This document shows positions 7,458 through 16,124 of a stretch of DNA of 20,000 bases, piece by piece. A model generated the notes under the pieces. It worked only from the letters and a program-made list of their open reading frames with translations. It was not told the DNA's origin and made no database searches. Positions within the stretch are counted from its first letter, which is position 1. Each line of letters starts with the position of its first letter. The position numbers and the translations under genes are program-made. Origin of the DNA: an uncultured virus (IMG/VR IMGVR_UViG_3300000558_000068) (lineage: Duplodnaviria; Heunggongvirae; Uroviricota; Caudoviricetes); the IMG/VR virus record IMGVR_UViG_3300000558_000068, positions 55,018-75,017 of that record, one strand, 5' to 3'.

Positions 7458-8480
7458 GTGGAAAACTTACAAGAAGAAATTAATAGAACAAAGATTATTA
7501 GAAATATTTTATTAGAATATCATGGAGTTCAGTTAGATATCAATAAATTAACAAATGAAGTAACTGATGGCGTTGTTAATAAATTATCTAATGCATTCGC
7601 CGGGTTTCAATTTGACGAAACTTATAATGTTGGTCAAATATTTAAAACAGATGAAATAGTTGAACAAAACACTAAAATTGATAATGTTGTGGTTAAAGTT
7701 GATATAACAAAAACTAATAAATTTTTGGTGGATGGTGGATTGGCGGCGGAGCAAACAGAAAAAAAGGATAACGGATTGTGTAATGTACTTTTAAATCTGG
7801 AAATCTGTGTTAATGATGACAATTTTTCTTTACTTAGAACTAAAATATTATCTGTTATTTCACACGAACTAAATCATGCTTTTAAAGTTGTTGAAGTTAT
7901 AAATAAAAAATCAAAATCATTAACTTACAACTCGGCAGTGAAATTAACCGGGTTTGGACTTATAACAAAATTAAAAGATTATCCCCTGTTGCAAGAATTT
8001 TTACATATGTTTTATTTGTCTTTATCTGATGAAATTAATGCTAGGGTTCAACAAACATATTCAGAACTACAAACAATAACATCAAATGATTATAACGACA
8101 CAATACGGCAGTTACTACAATTCAATCCACTAAATGATGCTAAAAAAATGATGCATTATAATGTTAAAGATATTTATTTGCTTGATCCAAACTTTTTAAA
8201 CTATTTCATTCACGAGTTCAACAATAACTTAGAGTATTGTGCAGAGAAAGATGGTATAGAATTAAGAACAAAATTAGGAATTAATAGTTTTTTTAATTAT
8301 TGGGAATATGTTATTAAAGGTAGGGGAATAATACTGTATCATAAAATATTAAGATTAGTTGCGGATAAACATGAAGTATCCGATAATGCTCTAATGAAAA
8401 AAATAAATAAAAAAACGTTAAATGAAATCACCGGAGATGCATATAACATTTTTAATAGATATGATGAAGATTACCATTAA
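7458..8480 (+). CDS. HExxH zincin-like protein, paralog of 790..1773, with NLQEEI leader
   Basis: GTG start; LLEYHG.Q.DI, VISHELNHAF, MFYL.L..EINARVQ, PLNDAKKM, SF..YW. Confidence 0.72.
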   Translation: MENLQEEINRTKIIRNILLEYHGVQLDINKLTNEVTDGVVNKLSNAFAGFQFDETYNVGQIFKTDEIVEQNTKIDNVVVKVDITKTNKFLVDGGLAAEQTEKKDNGLCNVLLNLEICVNDDNFSLLRTKILSVISHELNHAFKVVEVINKKSKSLTYNSAVKLTGFGLITKLKDYPLLQEFLHMFYLSLSDEINARVQQTYSELQTITSNDYNDTIRQLLQFNPLNDAKKMMHYNVKDIYLLDPNFLNYFIHEFNNNLEYCAEKDGIELRTKLGINSFFNYWEYVIKGRGIILYHKILRLVADKHEVSDNALMKKINKKTLNEITGDAYNIFNRYDEDYH

Positions 8481-8491
8481 AAAACAATAAT

Positions 8492-9361
8492 ATGTCACTA
8501 CCCAAAAGAAAGAAAGATTTTCACTTATCACCGGTTCGAGAAGGAATTCATGGGCTAGATGCTCGGTCAACCTATGAATATGCTGATAATTGGCAAGATA
8601 ATGAAAGGATTGAACAAATTTTCGAAGAAGTACAAAAGGGACGAGGTTATTTTCCACAATCAGTACTCCATGAAGATCACGATAAAGCTTTCATTGAATT
8701 TATTAAAAACGATTGTAAATTAATAACATCGGTAGTGGACCAAAAAAGAAAAGTAATACAGAAAAAAGACGTTCCGGTATTCTTTCTTAATATTCAACGA
8801 TGGAAGGAATTCACGCAAACATGGCAATTAATGGACAACAAACAAGTTATTTCCATGCCATTTATTACAATCGTCAGAAAGCTAGAAGTAACCAAAGATG
8901 AAAACACTCCCAACACAATTCCGGTAAGAAGATTATTTCCTTATCAATATGTACCTACGTGGGATGGTAATAAAAAAGGCGTGGATATATATAAAGTTCC
9001 GCAACCAATTCCCATTACCATGACATTTGAGGTTCGATTATTCTCAACAAAAATCAGGGATCTTAATAAACTTAATAAAATAATGCTCCGAGAATTTGCA
9101 TCACTTCAACGTTATATAAATGTAAATGGACACTTTATCGAGCTACAATTAGAAACCGTGGGAGATGAATCACAAATCGATACCATTGAGGAAAGACGGT
9201 TTTATGTCCAACCCTATACAATTAAACTAAATGGATACCTCATAGATAACGAAGAGTTTGAAATAAAACCCGCGGTCAACAGAGTATTCGCAATGACCGA
9301 AATTGGTGGATATAGTGGATTGTTACCTAGACAACTAATTAGATATAGCGGGGGAACTTAA
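8492..9361 (+). CDS. Tail terminator / sheath completion protein (T4 gp15-like)
   Basis: D.AF..FI, MPFITIVR, PQPIPITMTFEVRL, Y.IKLNGY. Synteny between neck and sheath. Confidence 0.65.
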   Translation: MSLPKRKKDFHLSPVREGIHGLDARSTYEYADNWQDNERIEQIFEEVQKGRGYFPQSVLHEDHDKAFIEFIKNDCKLITSVVDQKRKVIQKKDVPVFFLNIQRWKEFTQTWQLMDNKQVISMPFITIVRKLEVTKDENTPNTIPVRRLFPYQYVPTWDGNKKGVDIYKVPQPIPITMTFEVRLFSTKIRDLNKLNKIMLREFASLQRYINVNGHFIELQLETVGDESQIDTIEERRFYVQPYTIKLNGYLIDNEEFEIKPAVNRVFAMTEIGGYSGLLPRQLIRYSGGT

Positions 9362-9460
9362 TTATTTTGAACTTTAAGAAAATTTTCGAAACTTTTCCGA
9401 GATGGCAGACTTGTCCACACTATAAATCAATTAATTAAGTTACATGCTCTATATATACTA

Positions 9461-9514
9461 GTTATAGCACAATTACCGCACATACAACGCACAGCCAAAG
9501 TAACTGTGCATAAC
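9461..9514. repeat. Imperfect inverted repeat GTTATAGCACAATTAC / GTAACTGTGCATAAC (attC-core-like ends)
   Basis: 9461-9476 pairs with 9500-9514 with one bulge and one mismatch. Confidence 0.6.
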
Positions 9515-9663
9515 ATCGAATATAACCAATGCTTTCCGTTCTTCGTATTGAGGTTCGTACTAAATTTACCATAATTAAATATTTTTTGCCACCGCACTTT
9601 TCAGTTTTTTCAAAACTGTTTGGATTTGATTGGTAATATTTTTAAAATTTAAAACCAAACATT

Positions 9664-10071
9664 TTACCTTTTAAAGTTACGGTTAAAAATCTTTTCATTC
9701 CCTTGTGGTTGTGGAAACATCGCAAGGGATAATGATAAGTCTTTTAGCTTTGTATTCTGTAACATCACACTTTGTATTATCATCTGTATTTGTTTGTGTT
9801 TCAACCCAAATTTGGATTCAAAAACGGTAGTTATTTTATCATCATTTATCCACAACTCATTAGACATTCGATTAAATGTTAGATAATTTTTTTTATTGAT
9901 TTGAAAATGAATATTATTTGGGTTATTTTTGTCGTGTATTGCTGTCATTTGGCTTAACAATTTCGTAAACCAAGTTATTGCGGTGGTTACGTTCTTGTTT
10001 GGTGTGTTTAAACCTTCAGATACACCCATTAATTTCTTAGATCTTTGTATTTCTTCTTGTAAATTTTTCAT
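9664..10071 (-). CDS. Hypothetical protein with NLQEEIQRSKKLMG leader; similar to the C-half of 1760..2419
   Basis: 135 aa; gaTATTTATag upstream at 10087-10093. Confidence 0.75.
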   Translation of the reverse strand: MKNLQEEIQRSKKLMGVSEGLNTPNKNVTTAITWFTKLLSQMTAIHDKNNPNNIHFQINKKNYLTFNRMSNELWINDDKITTVFESKFGLKHKQIQMIIQSVMLQNTKLKDLSLSLAMFPQPQGNEKIFNRNFKR

Positions 10072-10086
10072 AACATTAAGTTTCCT

Positions 10087-10093
10087 ATAAATA
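10087..10093 (-). promoter_or_regulatory. TATTTAT motif (putative late promoter)
   Basis: gaTATTTATaggaaacttaatgttATG, 15 nt to the start. Confidence 0.55.
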
Positions 10094-10193
10094 TCATCAA
10101 AAAAAAAAACGCCTTTTCTTCCCCATTTTTTAATTTTTTCTGTTCTTCGATTAAAATTTGTGTTTAATAATCACACTGTATATACACGCAACC

Positions 10194-10432
10194 GTTATAT
10201 GGCATTGTAAGAAATGCCCCACTTTGATTTATTTCCAATACACAACCTTTCTTTTGTAGCGTACATTTTAGCCGCCTTTAGTGTCAAGAAGAAACCATTT
10301 TCTCCATGCTCAATATTATATATATCCCGACCACTCCAATTCATTAACCAAGCATTGTGCATATATTCAATTGTACACCACTCAACGCAAGGTTTATTTG
10401 GGTTCAAAAGAGTATAAACAACGCCACATAAC
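10194..10432. repeat. 15-bp imperfect inverted repeats (13/15) bracketing most of ORF 10195..10509
   Basis: GTTATATGGCATTGT at 10194-10208; ACAACGCCACATAAC at 10418-10432 (reverse complement GTTATGTGGCGTTGT). Confidence 0.65.
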
Positions 10433-10509
10433 ACACGGTCATCATCAATGTTTGCCGTGCCTTGTGGATTATTTTCTGCCAATTTTGTCATTTGTTTTTT
10501 CGTGCTCAT
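10195..10509 (-). CDS. Hypothetical accessory protein
   Basis: 104-aa ORF overlapping the end of the upstream gene. Its stop codon lies within CCATATAAC. Confidence 0.6.
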   Translation of the reverse strand: MSTKKQMTKLAENNPQGTANIDDDRVLCGVVYTLLNPNKPCVEWCTIEYMHNAWLMNWSGRDIYNIEHGENGFFLTLKAAKMYATKERLCIGNKSKWGISYNAI

Positions 10510-10891
10510 TGTAAAATTTAATAAATTCTATTACAGCTTTGTAGATAGCTTCCATCTTTGTTAATCCATTTTCATTTATTAAGCAAATCGAATCTTCCCC
10601 AAATGCTAGCACTTCAACCATATTCCTTCCAAGTATATCAACTCTGTAAGGGGTACATTTTACTTTTTGGTTTTTTATTTGTCTATCGTATTCTTCTAAT
10701 GATTCAATTTTCTCAACTAATTGCATAAGCCAAGCCCAGTCATCGTGCCATTTAGTATAATCATTTGGTTTTGTTTGGCTGTACGGGGATTTAAACCTAC
10801 TTTCCTCGTCTTGATGGTATGACCAACCCTGATTAAGATTTATAAATTTTGCAATTAATTTATTACCTTCAATAATTTCTGATTTTTTCAT
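10469..10891 (-). CDS. Conserved hypothetical phage protein (NKLIAxF..WxWLM.xVEKIE..YKAVIEFIKxYN type)
   Basis: I recall this motif pattern from Bacteroidota phage hypothetical proteins; function unknown. Confidence 0.75.
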   Translation of the reverse strand: MKKSEIIEGNKLIAKFINLNQGWSYHQDEESRFKSPYSQTKPNDYTKWHDDWAWLMQLVEKIESLEEYDRQIKNQKVKCTPYRVDILGRNMVEVLAFGEDSICLINENGLTKMEAIYKAVIEFIKFYNEHEKTNDKIGRK

Positions 10892-10969
10892 TGATAAAAA
10901 TCTAAGTTTTGTTTGTTATTTCAAATCAAGCCCGTTGGAATTTACTGTTAACAAATTTTTTTCGTTATA

Positions 10970-11001
10970 CAAAGGTAATACAAATATTTTAGATTTCCAA
11001 A
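10970..11001 (-). promoter_or_regulatory. Bacteroidota-type primary sigma promoter (-33 TTTG, -7 TAnnTTTG)
   Basis: Minus strand TTTG (11001-10998), 20-nt spacer, TACCTTTG (10977-10970), upstream of the ORF starting at 10891. Confidence 0.7.
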
Positions 11002-11187
11002 TTATTCTCCGTAAATATTTTTATCATCTATAACCGTTCGGCAATTATCATTTATTAATCTTTCAATAAAAGCAAAAATTTTTAGACCATTTTCCTGACA
11101 ATACGATTTCAATTTTGCGTGGCTATCTTCGCTTATTTTAAGGTTTTTAATTTTACCCCGATTATTAGTATGATTTTTTTCTACCAT
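11002..11187 (-). CDS. Small ribbon-helix-helix-like DNA-binding protein
   Basis: KIKNLKISEDSHAKLKSYCQENGLKIFAFIERLI fits a strand-helix-helix pattern; divergent from the sheath gene. Confidence 0.7.
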   Translation of the reverse strand: MVEKNHTNNRGKIKNLKISEDSHAKLKSYCQENGLKIFAFIERLINDNCRTVIDDKNIYGE

Positions 11188-11213
11188 TTGTCTTCTTTTT
11201 TTCTTCCTTACAT

Positions 11214-11265
11214 TATAAATATCTTTTGATTGGAATATTCTTTTGATGTTTTACGCATATTTATA
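11214..11265. promoter_or_regulatory. Divergent TATTTATA motifs for the RHH gene (-) and tail sheath (+)
   Basis: TATAAATA at 11214-11221 (gaTATTTATA on -) and caTATTTATA at 11258-11265 (+). Confidence 0.55.
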
Positions 11266-11339
11266 AGAAAATAATAATAGATAAATGAACGAATATAAAA
11301 CATTAAATAAAATAACATCAAATAAAAACACGTAACATT

Positions 11340-14288
11340 ATGAGTAGTAAGATAATAGTTAGTCCGGGAATCTATACCAGCGAGCGTTCTTTAGATTTTA
11401 TAACATCCTCAATAGGTATAACAACATTAGGTTTAGTTGGCGAAGCCCCTAAAGGTCCCGCTTTTGAACCAGTATTCATTAGAAATTTCGAAGAATATAC
11501 AACCTTTTTTGGTGGTTTAAATCCATCAAAATATCCGGCCCTACCGTCATTACCAAAATTTGAGATGGGATATGTGGCTCGTCAATATCTAAAACAATCC
11601 AATCAATTGTTCATTACTCGTATTCTAGGACTTACCGGTTATAATGCAGGTAGAGCTTGGGCAATACGCGCTAATGGTAATATAGATATGTCAACAATAG
11701 TGGCATTAGGTACAAGTGTTGCACAATCTGGATGGCAAGTTTATGATAATGGAACCAATGTTTATTTCTCATTACCGGGTAGCGTATTTGCTAGTGGTGG
11801 TACATACGACACAAATGGTATAAAATTCTATTCAACTGATGCTACCGGTGATGATAACTTAGTAATGGGTGCTGATTTAACAAGCTCATTAGAAGTAACC
11901 GGTTGGACTAAATCACAAGTATTCGACTGTACTTTCCATATGGTTCGCGGGACTTTATCTGCTGACACATCTACCGGAATTGCTACATTAACTAATAACG
12001 AAGTATTCTCAGCATCTTGTTATACAAACTATGATAAATTAGTAGTTGCGTTGCTTCGTTCAAGAGTCACAACATCAAACGATTATGATATAAAACAAGC
12101 TCAACATTATTTAGTTCGGAACGCAACGTCAATTAATAATATATTCTTAAATGATATAAGTGCTATTAGTGATCCAAATGGTGATTTTCAATTATCGGGA
12201 TGGACAACTGGCACGACACCGGAGCAATTCGATTATACAGTGAACCTTGATTATACATCTAAGACTTTTATTTCGAAAGTAATTGGTGGCGCTGGCGTAA
12301 GTCAAAATTGTGTATTCTGTGATGGACCGAAATCTAAAAACACTCCAATATGGGTTGAAGAAGTTTATCCAACCAGTTACAAATACCTTGTCGATTATGA
12401 AAAGATATATGGAGTAAGAGATATTGTTCGTATTAATGATGACGTTTCAAACTATGGGTATAAAGACAGTAGTGCATTACAACCAATAGGATTTGAAACA
12501 CCTTCCACTCCTTGGGTTGTATCTGAATTACGTGGTAACACTGTTGATCGTTTATTTAAATTCCAATTAATATCAGATGGTGAGGACGCTAACGTTGAAG
12601 TGAAGATATCGTTCATGAATATAAACTTAGCAACTGGCGAATTTGATGTAATTGTGAGGGAATGGGCTGACAATGATAATAAACTAAGCGTATTAGAAAA
12701 ATATCAGAGATGTAACCTTGACTCAACATCGAATAATTATATAGGTAGAAAAATTGGTACAGCTGATGGGGAATACTCGTTAAATTCAAGATTCATTATG
12801 TTAGTTATGAATCCTAACCATCCAAACGATGCTGTTCCCGCTGGTTTTGAAGGATATCCAATGCGTCATGATTCTGTTGAGCCTTTTGGCGGTAGTGTTG
12901 GTGATTTAGTTAATATGAGACCAATCTATAAAACTAAGTATTTTACTACCGGTGAAGTTATATATGAAAATATTATTACTGGATATAAAATTGAAGCCGC
13001 TGGCGATAAAGAACCGTTCTATCGTAAACGCTATCTTGGATTAACAAATATTGTGGCATTAGATCCCGCTGAATTTGCCTATAAAGGATATACTACTAAT
13101 GGTGGAACTTGGACAGTTATCAGTAAAGGTTTCCATATGGATATTAATGCCGCTAATGCCTTAATTAAAAAAATTGACACTCCCGTTATAAGTGAGCCTG
13201 ATAATTCAATCGGATTTGAAGTTGGGGATTATGCGTTTCAAAATGAAGATGATTTATATGGAACTGAATATGAAACATTAAGTTCACGTAAATTTACTTT
13301 CCATCCTTTTGGTGGATTCGATGGCTGGGACCCAAACAGAGGACGTAGAACAAATGGTGATAATTATCGTCTTGGTAAATCTCCTTTTATTACAAGCGGA
13401 TTCCTTGGCACAACATCTGACTATTATGCTTATTTAGCCGGTATTCAGACATTTAGTAACCCTGAAGCCGTAAATATTAATGTGTTCGCAACTCCGGGTA
13501 TCGATTACGTAAACAATAAAGAACTGATCGATGAATCTATTACAATGGTCGAAGAAGACAGAGCTGATAGTTTATTTATAACAACAACTCCAGATATTGA
13601 TTACCAAACTGGATTATTATATTCAGCACAAGATGCCGTTGATAATTTAGATAACGCTAGTTTAGATACTAACTACACCGCAACTTATTTTCCATGGGTT
13701 AAATATGAAGACGATATTAATAACGTTTCGATATATCTTCCAACAACTTATGACGTAATGAGAAATATAGCATTAACAGATAATATAGCATTCCCATGGT
13801 TTGCATCAGCCGGTTATACTCGTGGTATCATAGAATGTTCAAGAGCTCGTATCAAATTAACACAAGATGATCGTGACTTGCTTTACGAAAACAGAATTAA
13901 CCCAATAGCAACTTTTAATGATGTTGGAGTATTAATTTGGGGTAACAGAACTCTTCAGGTTGCAGAATCAGCTCTCGACAGAATTAATGTAAGACGTTTA
14001 TTACTTCAATCAAGAAAACTTATAGCCGCTGTTTCTAAACGTTTAGTATTCGAACAAAATGACGACATCGTTCGTAATGACTTCTTGAATTTGGTTAACC
14101 CTATTCTTGACGGTATTAAAAACGAAAGAGGATTAATAGATTTCAGAGTACAATTAGTTCCCAGAGCTGAAACAGAAGATGAAAATCTGTTAAGGGGTAA
14201 AATTTTCTTAAAACCCACTAAATCATTGGAATTCATAGACTTAGAATTTATTATCACCCCAACATCCGCTAGTTTTGAAAATGTTTAA
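11340..14288 (+). CDS. Contractile tail sheath protein (T4 gp18-like), 982 aa
   Basis: N-terminal SPGIYTSE and GEAPKGPAFEP; C-terminal PWFASAGYTRG, LYENRINPI, WGNRTLQ, RINVRRLL, PTKSLEFIDLEF. Confidence 0.95.
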   Translation: MSSKIIVSPGIYTSERSLDFITSSIGITTLGLVGEAPKGPAFEPVFIRNFEEYTTFFGGLNPSKYPALPSLPKFEMGYVARQYLKQSNQLFITRILGLTGYNAGRAWAIRANGNIDMSTIVALGTSVAQSGWQVYDNGTNVYFSLPGSVFASGGTYDTNGIKFYSTDATGDDNLVMGADLTSSLEVTGWTKSQVFDCTFHMVRGTLSADTSTGIATLTNNEVFSASCYTNYDKLVVALLRSRVTTSNDYDIKQAQHYLVRNATSINNIFLNDISAISDPNGDFQLSGWTTGTTPEQFDYTVNLDYTSKTFISKVIGGAGVSQNCVFCDGPKSKNTPIWVEEVYPTSYKYLVDYEKIYGVRDIVRINDDVSNYGYKDSSALQPIGFETPSTPWVVSELRGNTVDRLFKFQLISDGEDANVEVKISFMNINLATGEFDVIVREWADNDNKLSVLEKYQRCNLDSTSNNYIGRKIGTADGEYSLNSRFIMLVMNPNHPNDAVPAGFEGYPMRHDSVEPFGGSVGDLVNMRPIYKTKYFTTGEVIYENIITGYKIEAAGDKEPFYRKRYLGLTNIVALDPAEFAYKGYTTNGGTWTVISKGFHMDINAANALIKKIDTPVISEPDNSIGFEVGDYAFQNEDDLYGTEYETLSSRKFTFHPFGGFDGWDPNRGRRTNGDNYRLGKSPFITSGFLGTTSDYYAYLAGIQTFSNPEAVNINVFATPGIDYVNNKELIDESITMVEEDRADSLFITTTPDIDYQTGLLYSAQDAVDNLDNASLDTNYTATYFPWVKYEDDINNVSIYLPTTYDVMRNIALTDNIAFPWFASAGYTRGIIECSRARIKLTQDDRDLLYENRINPIATFNDVGVLIWGNRTLQVAESALDRINVRRLLLQSRKLIAAVSKRLVFEQNDDIVRNDFLNLVNPILDGIKNERGLIDFRVQLVPRAETEDENLLRGKIFLKPTKSLEFIDLEFIITPTSASFENV

Positions 14289-14290
14289 TC

Positions 14291-15343
14291 ATGACAAAAC
14301 AGAAAATTTACCGAATAAACGAAAATCAGTTAAAAGTAATTGTGGAGAGCCAAAAGAGTTCTCCACAACTACAAACTGAAGTATTAGATAGTTTAGCAAG
14401 TGGGTTTGGTAAATTATTAACCTTTACCTTTAAACAATCAGTAAACGCCTTTAAATACTTTAGTGGTATTGGTGTTAATGTTTTTATTGGTAACAAGTAT
14501 ACGTCTACCGGAAAAGTAAAATTAAAAAAGAACAACCCATTATCACCATTATCACTTTACAACGCTAAATTAACATCCTTACCGCAGGGATATGAAAAGC
14601 TATTTACAACAATTTCTACAGGTATTAAAGGGGTATCAGAATCCCAACCTAAAGACGCAAAACCGGTATCTTACGAATCTATATTAAAAAACTTAAAATT
14701 TGACAACACAAATGGCATAACATATCCAATAAAGTTTGAATTTCAGAATCTAGATAAGAAAGCTAAAGAGAATTCTGTAATAATGATGACAACTTGGGGA
14801 CTAATATTTAATGTTGTCTGTGCAGGTCAAGCGTCCGAGCCAAGCACAATGACTTTTAATTTAGTTAGTTTTCAATCACAAGGCCCATCGTTCGATTTGT
14901 TTTTAAAGCAATTAGCTCAAAGTGAAAAAAAGGATCAAGAACTTATAAAATCACTTTCTAAATTTAATACAACTGGCAGGGATACTTTTAGTTTAATTTT
15001 CAGTAATGCTAGCCAATCTCGTAAATTTGAAACGGTAATGGCTAAGCAAATTCAAGATCATATGAAAGTATTGATTGGTCATTTAAATTCAGATATGGGG
15101 GTAAAAAAAGCCATACAAGTTCCAACAATAAAAGTTACTGTCGCTAACACTTTGATTGGTGACGTTAAATTACAAGCAGAAAATCAAAAGGCTCCACCGG
15201 TTGACGAAATAGATGATGATATTGAAGAAATACAAAGACAAATTAAACTTTATCAAGATCAAGACCAGTATAGAAGCTATATACAAGATTTAAATACAAT
15301 ATTAAATAAACTAGCATTAAAAAGAAAAGAAATAAGTAAATAA
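14291..15343 (+). CDS. Hypothetical protein between sheath and tube genes
   Basis: 350 aa, 2 nt after the sheath stop; leader KIYRINENQLKVIVE; coiled-coil C-terminus. Confidence 0.75.
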   Translation: MTKQKIYRINENQLKVIVESQKSSPQLQTEVLDSLASGFGKLLTFTFKQSVNAFKYFSGIGVNVFIGNKYTSTGKVKLKKNNPLSPLSLYNAKLTSLPQGYEKLFTTISTGIKGVSESQPKDAKPVSYESILKNLKFDNTNGITYPIKFEFQNLDKKAKENSVIMMTTWGLIFNVVCAGQASEPSTMTFNLVSFQSQGPSFDLFLKQLAQSEKKDQELIKSLSKFNTTGRDTFSLIFSNASQSRKFETVMAKQIQDHMKVLIGHLNSDMGVKKAIQVPTIKVTVANTLIGDVKLQAENQKAPPVDEIDDDIEEIQRQIKLYQDQDQYRSYIQDLNTILNKLALKRKEISK

Positions 15344-15378
15344 TTATAATAACTAAGAGAAAAAAATAAACTAGATAC

Positions 15379-15386
15379 TATTTATA
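15379..15386 (+). promoter_or_regulatory. TATTTATA motif upstream of tail tube
   Basis: acTATTTATAtag in the 139-nt intergenic region. Confidence 0.5.
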
Positions 15387-15482
15387 TAGAAATAAATTAC
15401 TAAGTCCAGTTCTAGAGAGGGTCCTTAGAATATAAGATAAAAAAATGAAAAGTCAATAACAAAGCAATAAAAAAATAAAATT

Positions 15483-15971
15483 ATGGCAAATCTATTATTA
15501 AACATGCCCATCAATTACGAACCAAAAAAACAAAATAGGTTCATATTTTCCTTTCCAAGTAATATGGGAATTCAATCTTGGTTCGTGGTCAGCTCAAAAA
15601 GACCCAATATAACCATAGATCCAATTGAGATACCTTTTTTAAATACCTCAACATGGGTAGCTGGTAGATTTAAATGGGAAGCGATTGACATTACATTGAG
15701 AGATCCTATTGGTCCTTCAGCATCACAAGCAATTATGGAATGGGTTCGCCTACATGCTGAATCTGTAACAGGTCGTATGGGATACGCCGCAGGCTATAAG
15801 AAAAATGTTACCCTTGAAATGCTTGATCCTACCGGTGTTGTAATTGAACGCTGGAAATTGGTTAATACAATGTTAACTAGTTCTGATTTTGGGACATTAG
15901 ATTATAATTCTGGAGACCTTGCCGATATTACGATTAATCTTCAAATGGATCGTTGCATTCTCGTTTTTTAG
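15483..15971 (+). CDS. Tail tube protein (T4 gp19-like)
   Basis: YEPKKQNRF, RPNI, AGRFKWEAIDITLRD, EW, YKK.VTLEMLDP.G.V.E.W, FG.LDY. Follows the sheath gene. Confidence 0.92.
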   Translation: MANLLLNMPINYEPKKQNRFIFSFPSNMGIQSWFVVSSKRPNITIDPIEIPFLNTSTWVAGRFKWEAIDITLRDPIGPSASQAIMEWVRLHAESVTGRMGYAAGYKKNVTLEMLDPTGVVIERWKLVNTMLTSSDFGTLDYNSGDLADITINLQMDRCILVF

Positions 15972-16032
15972 TAATTATCTGTATATCAGTTACTTACAGA
16001 ATCATTTAATATATCGAATTGTTAACTTCTTT

Positions 16033-16070
16033 AAATTTCCTTGTATGTGTATGAGGAAATTTTTATTTAT
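16033..16070 (+). terminator. Intrinsic terminator-like hairpin after tail tube
   Basis: AAATTTCCTTGTA-tgtg-TATGAGGAAATTT stem with G-U pairs, followed by a T-rich tract. Confidence 0.6.
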
Positions 16071-16078
16071 ACATACCC

Positions 16079-16110
16079 TTGACAACCAAAACACATTTGC
16101 TTATATTTAT
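16079..16110 (+). promoter_or_regulatory. TTGACA-N17-TATATT sigma70-like promoter overlapping a TATTTAT motif
   Basis: TTGACA 16079-16084, TATATT 16102-16107, TATTTAT 16104-16110 (14 nt before ATG 16125). Confidence 0.55.
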
Positions 16111-16124
16111 GTAAAAGTGTGCCT

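Noticed and set aside
9462..9572. 36-aa minus-strand ORF MVNLVRTSIRRTESIGYIRCYAQLLWLCVVCAVIVL
   Set aside because: Short and coincident with the inverted-repeat element; no independent support.
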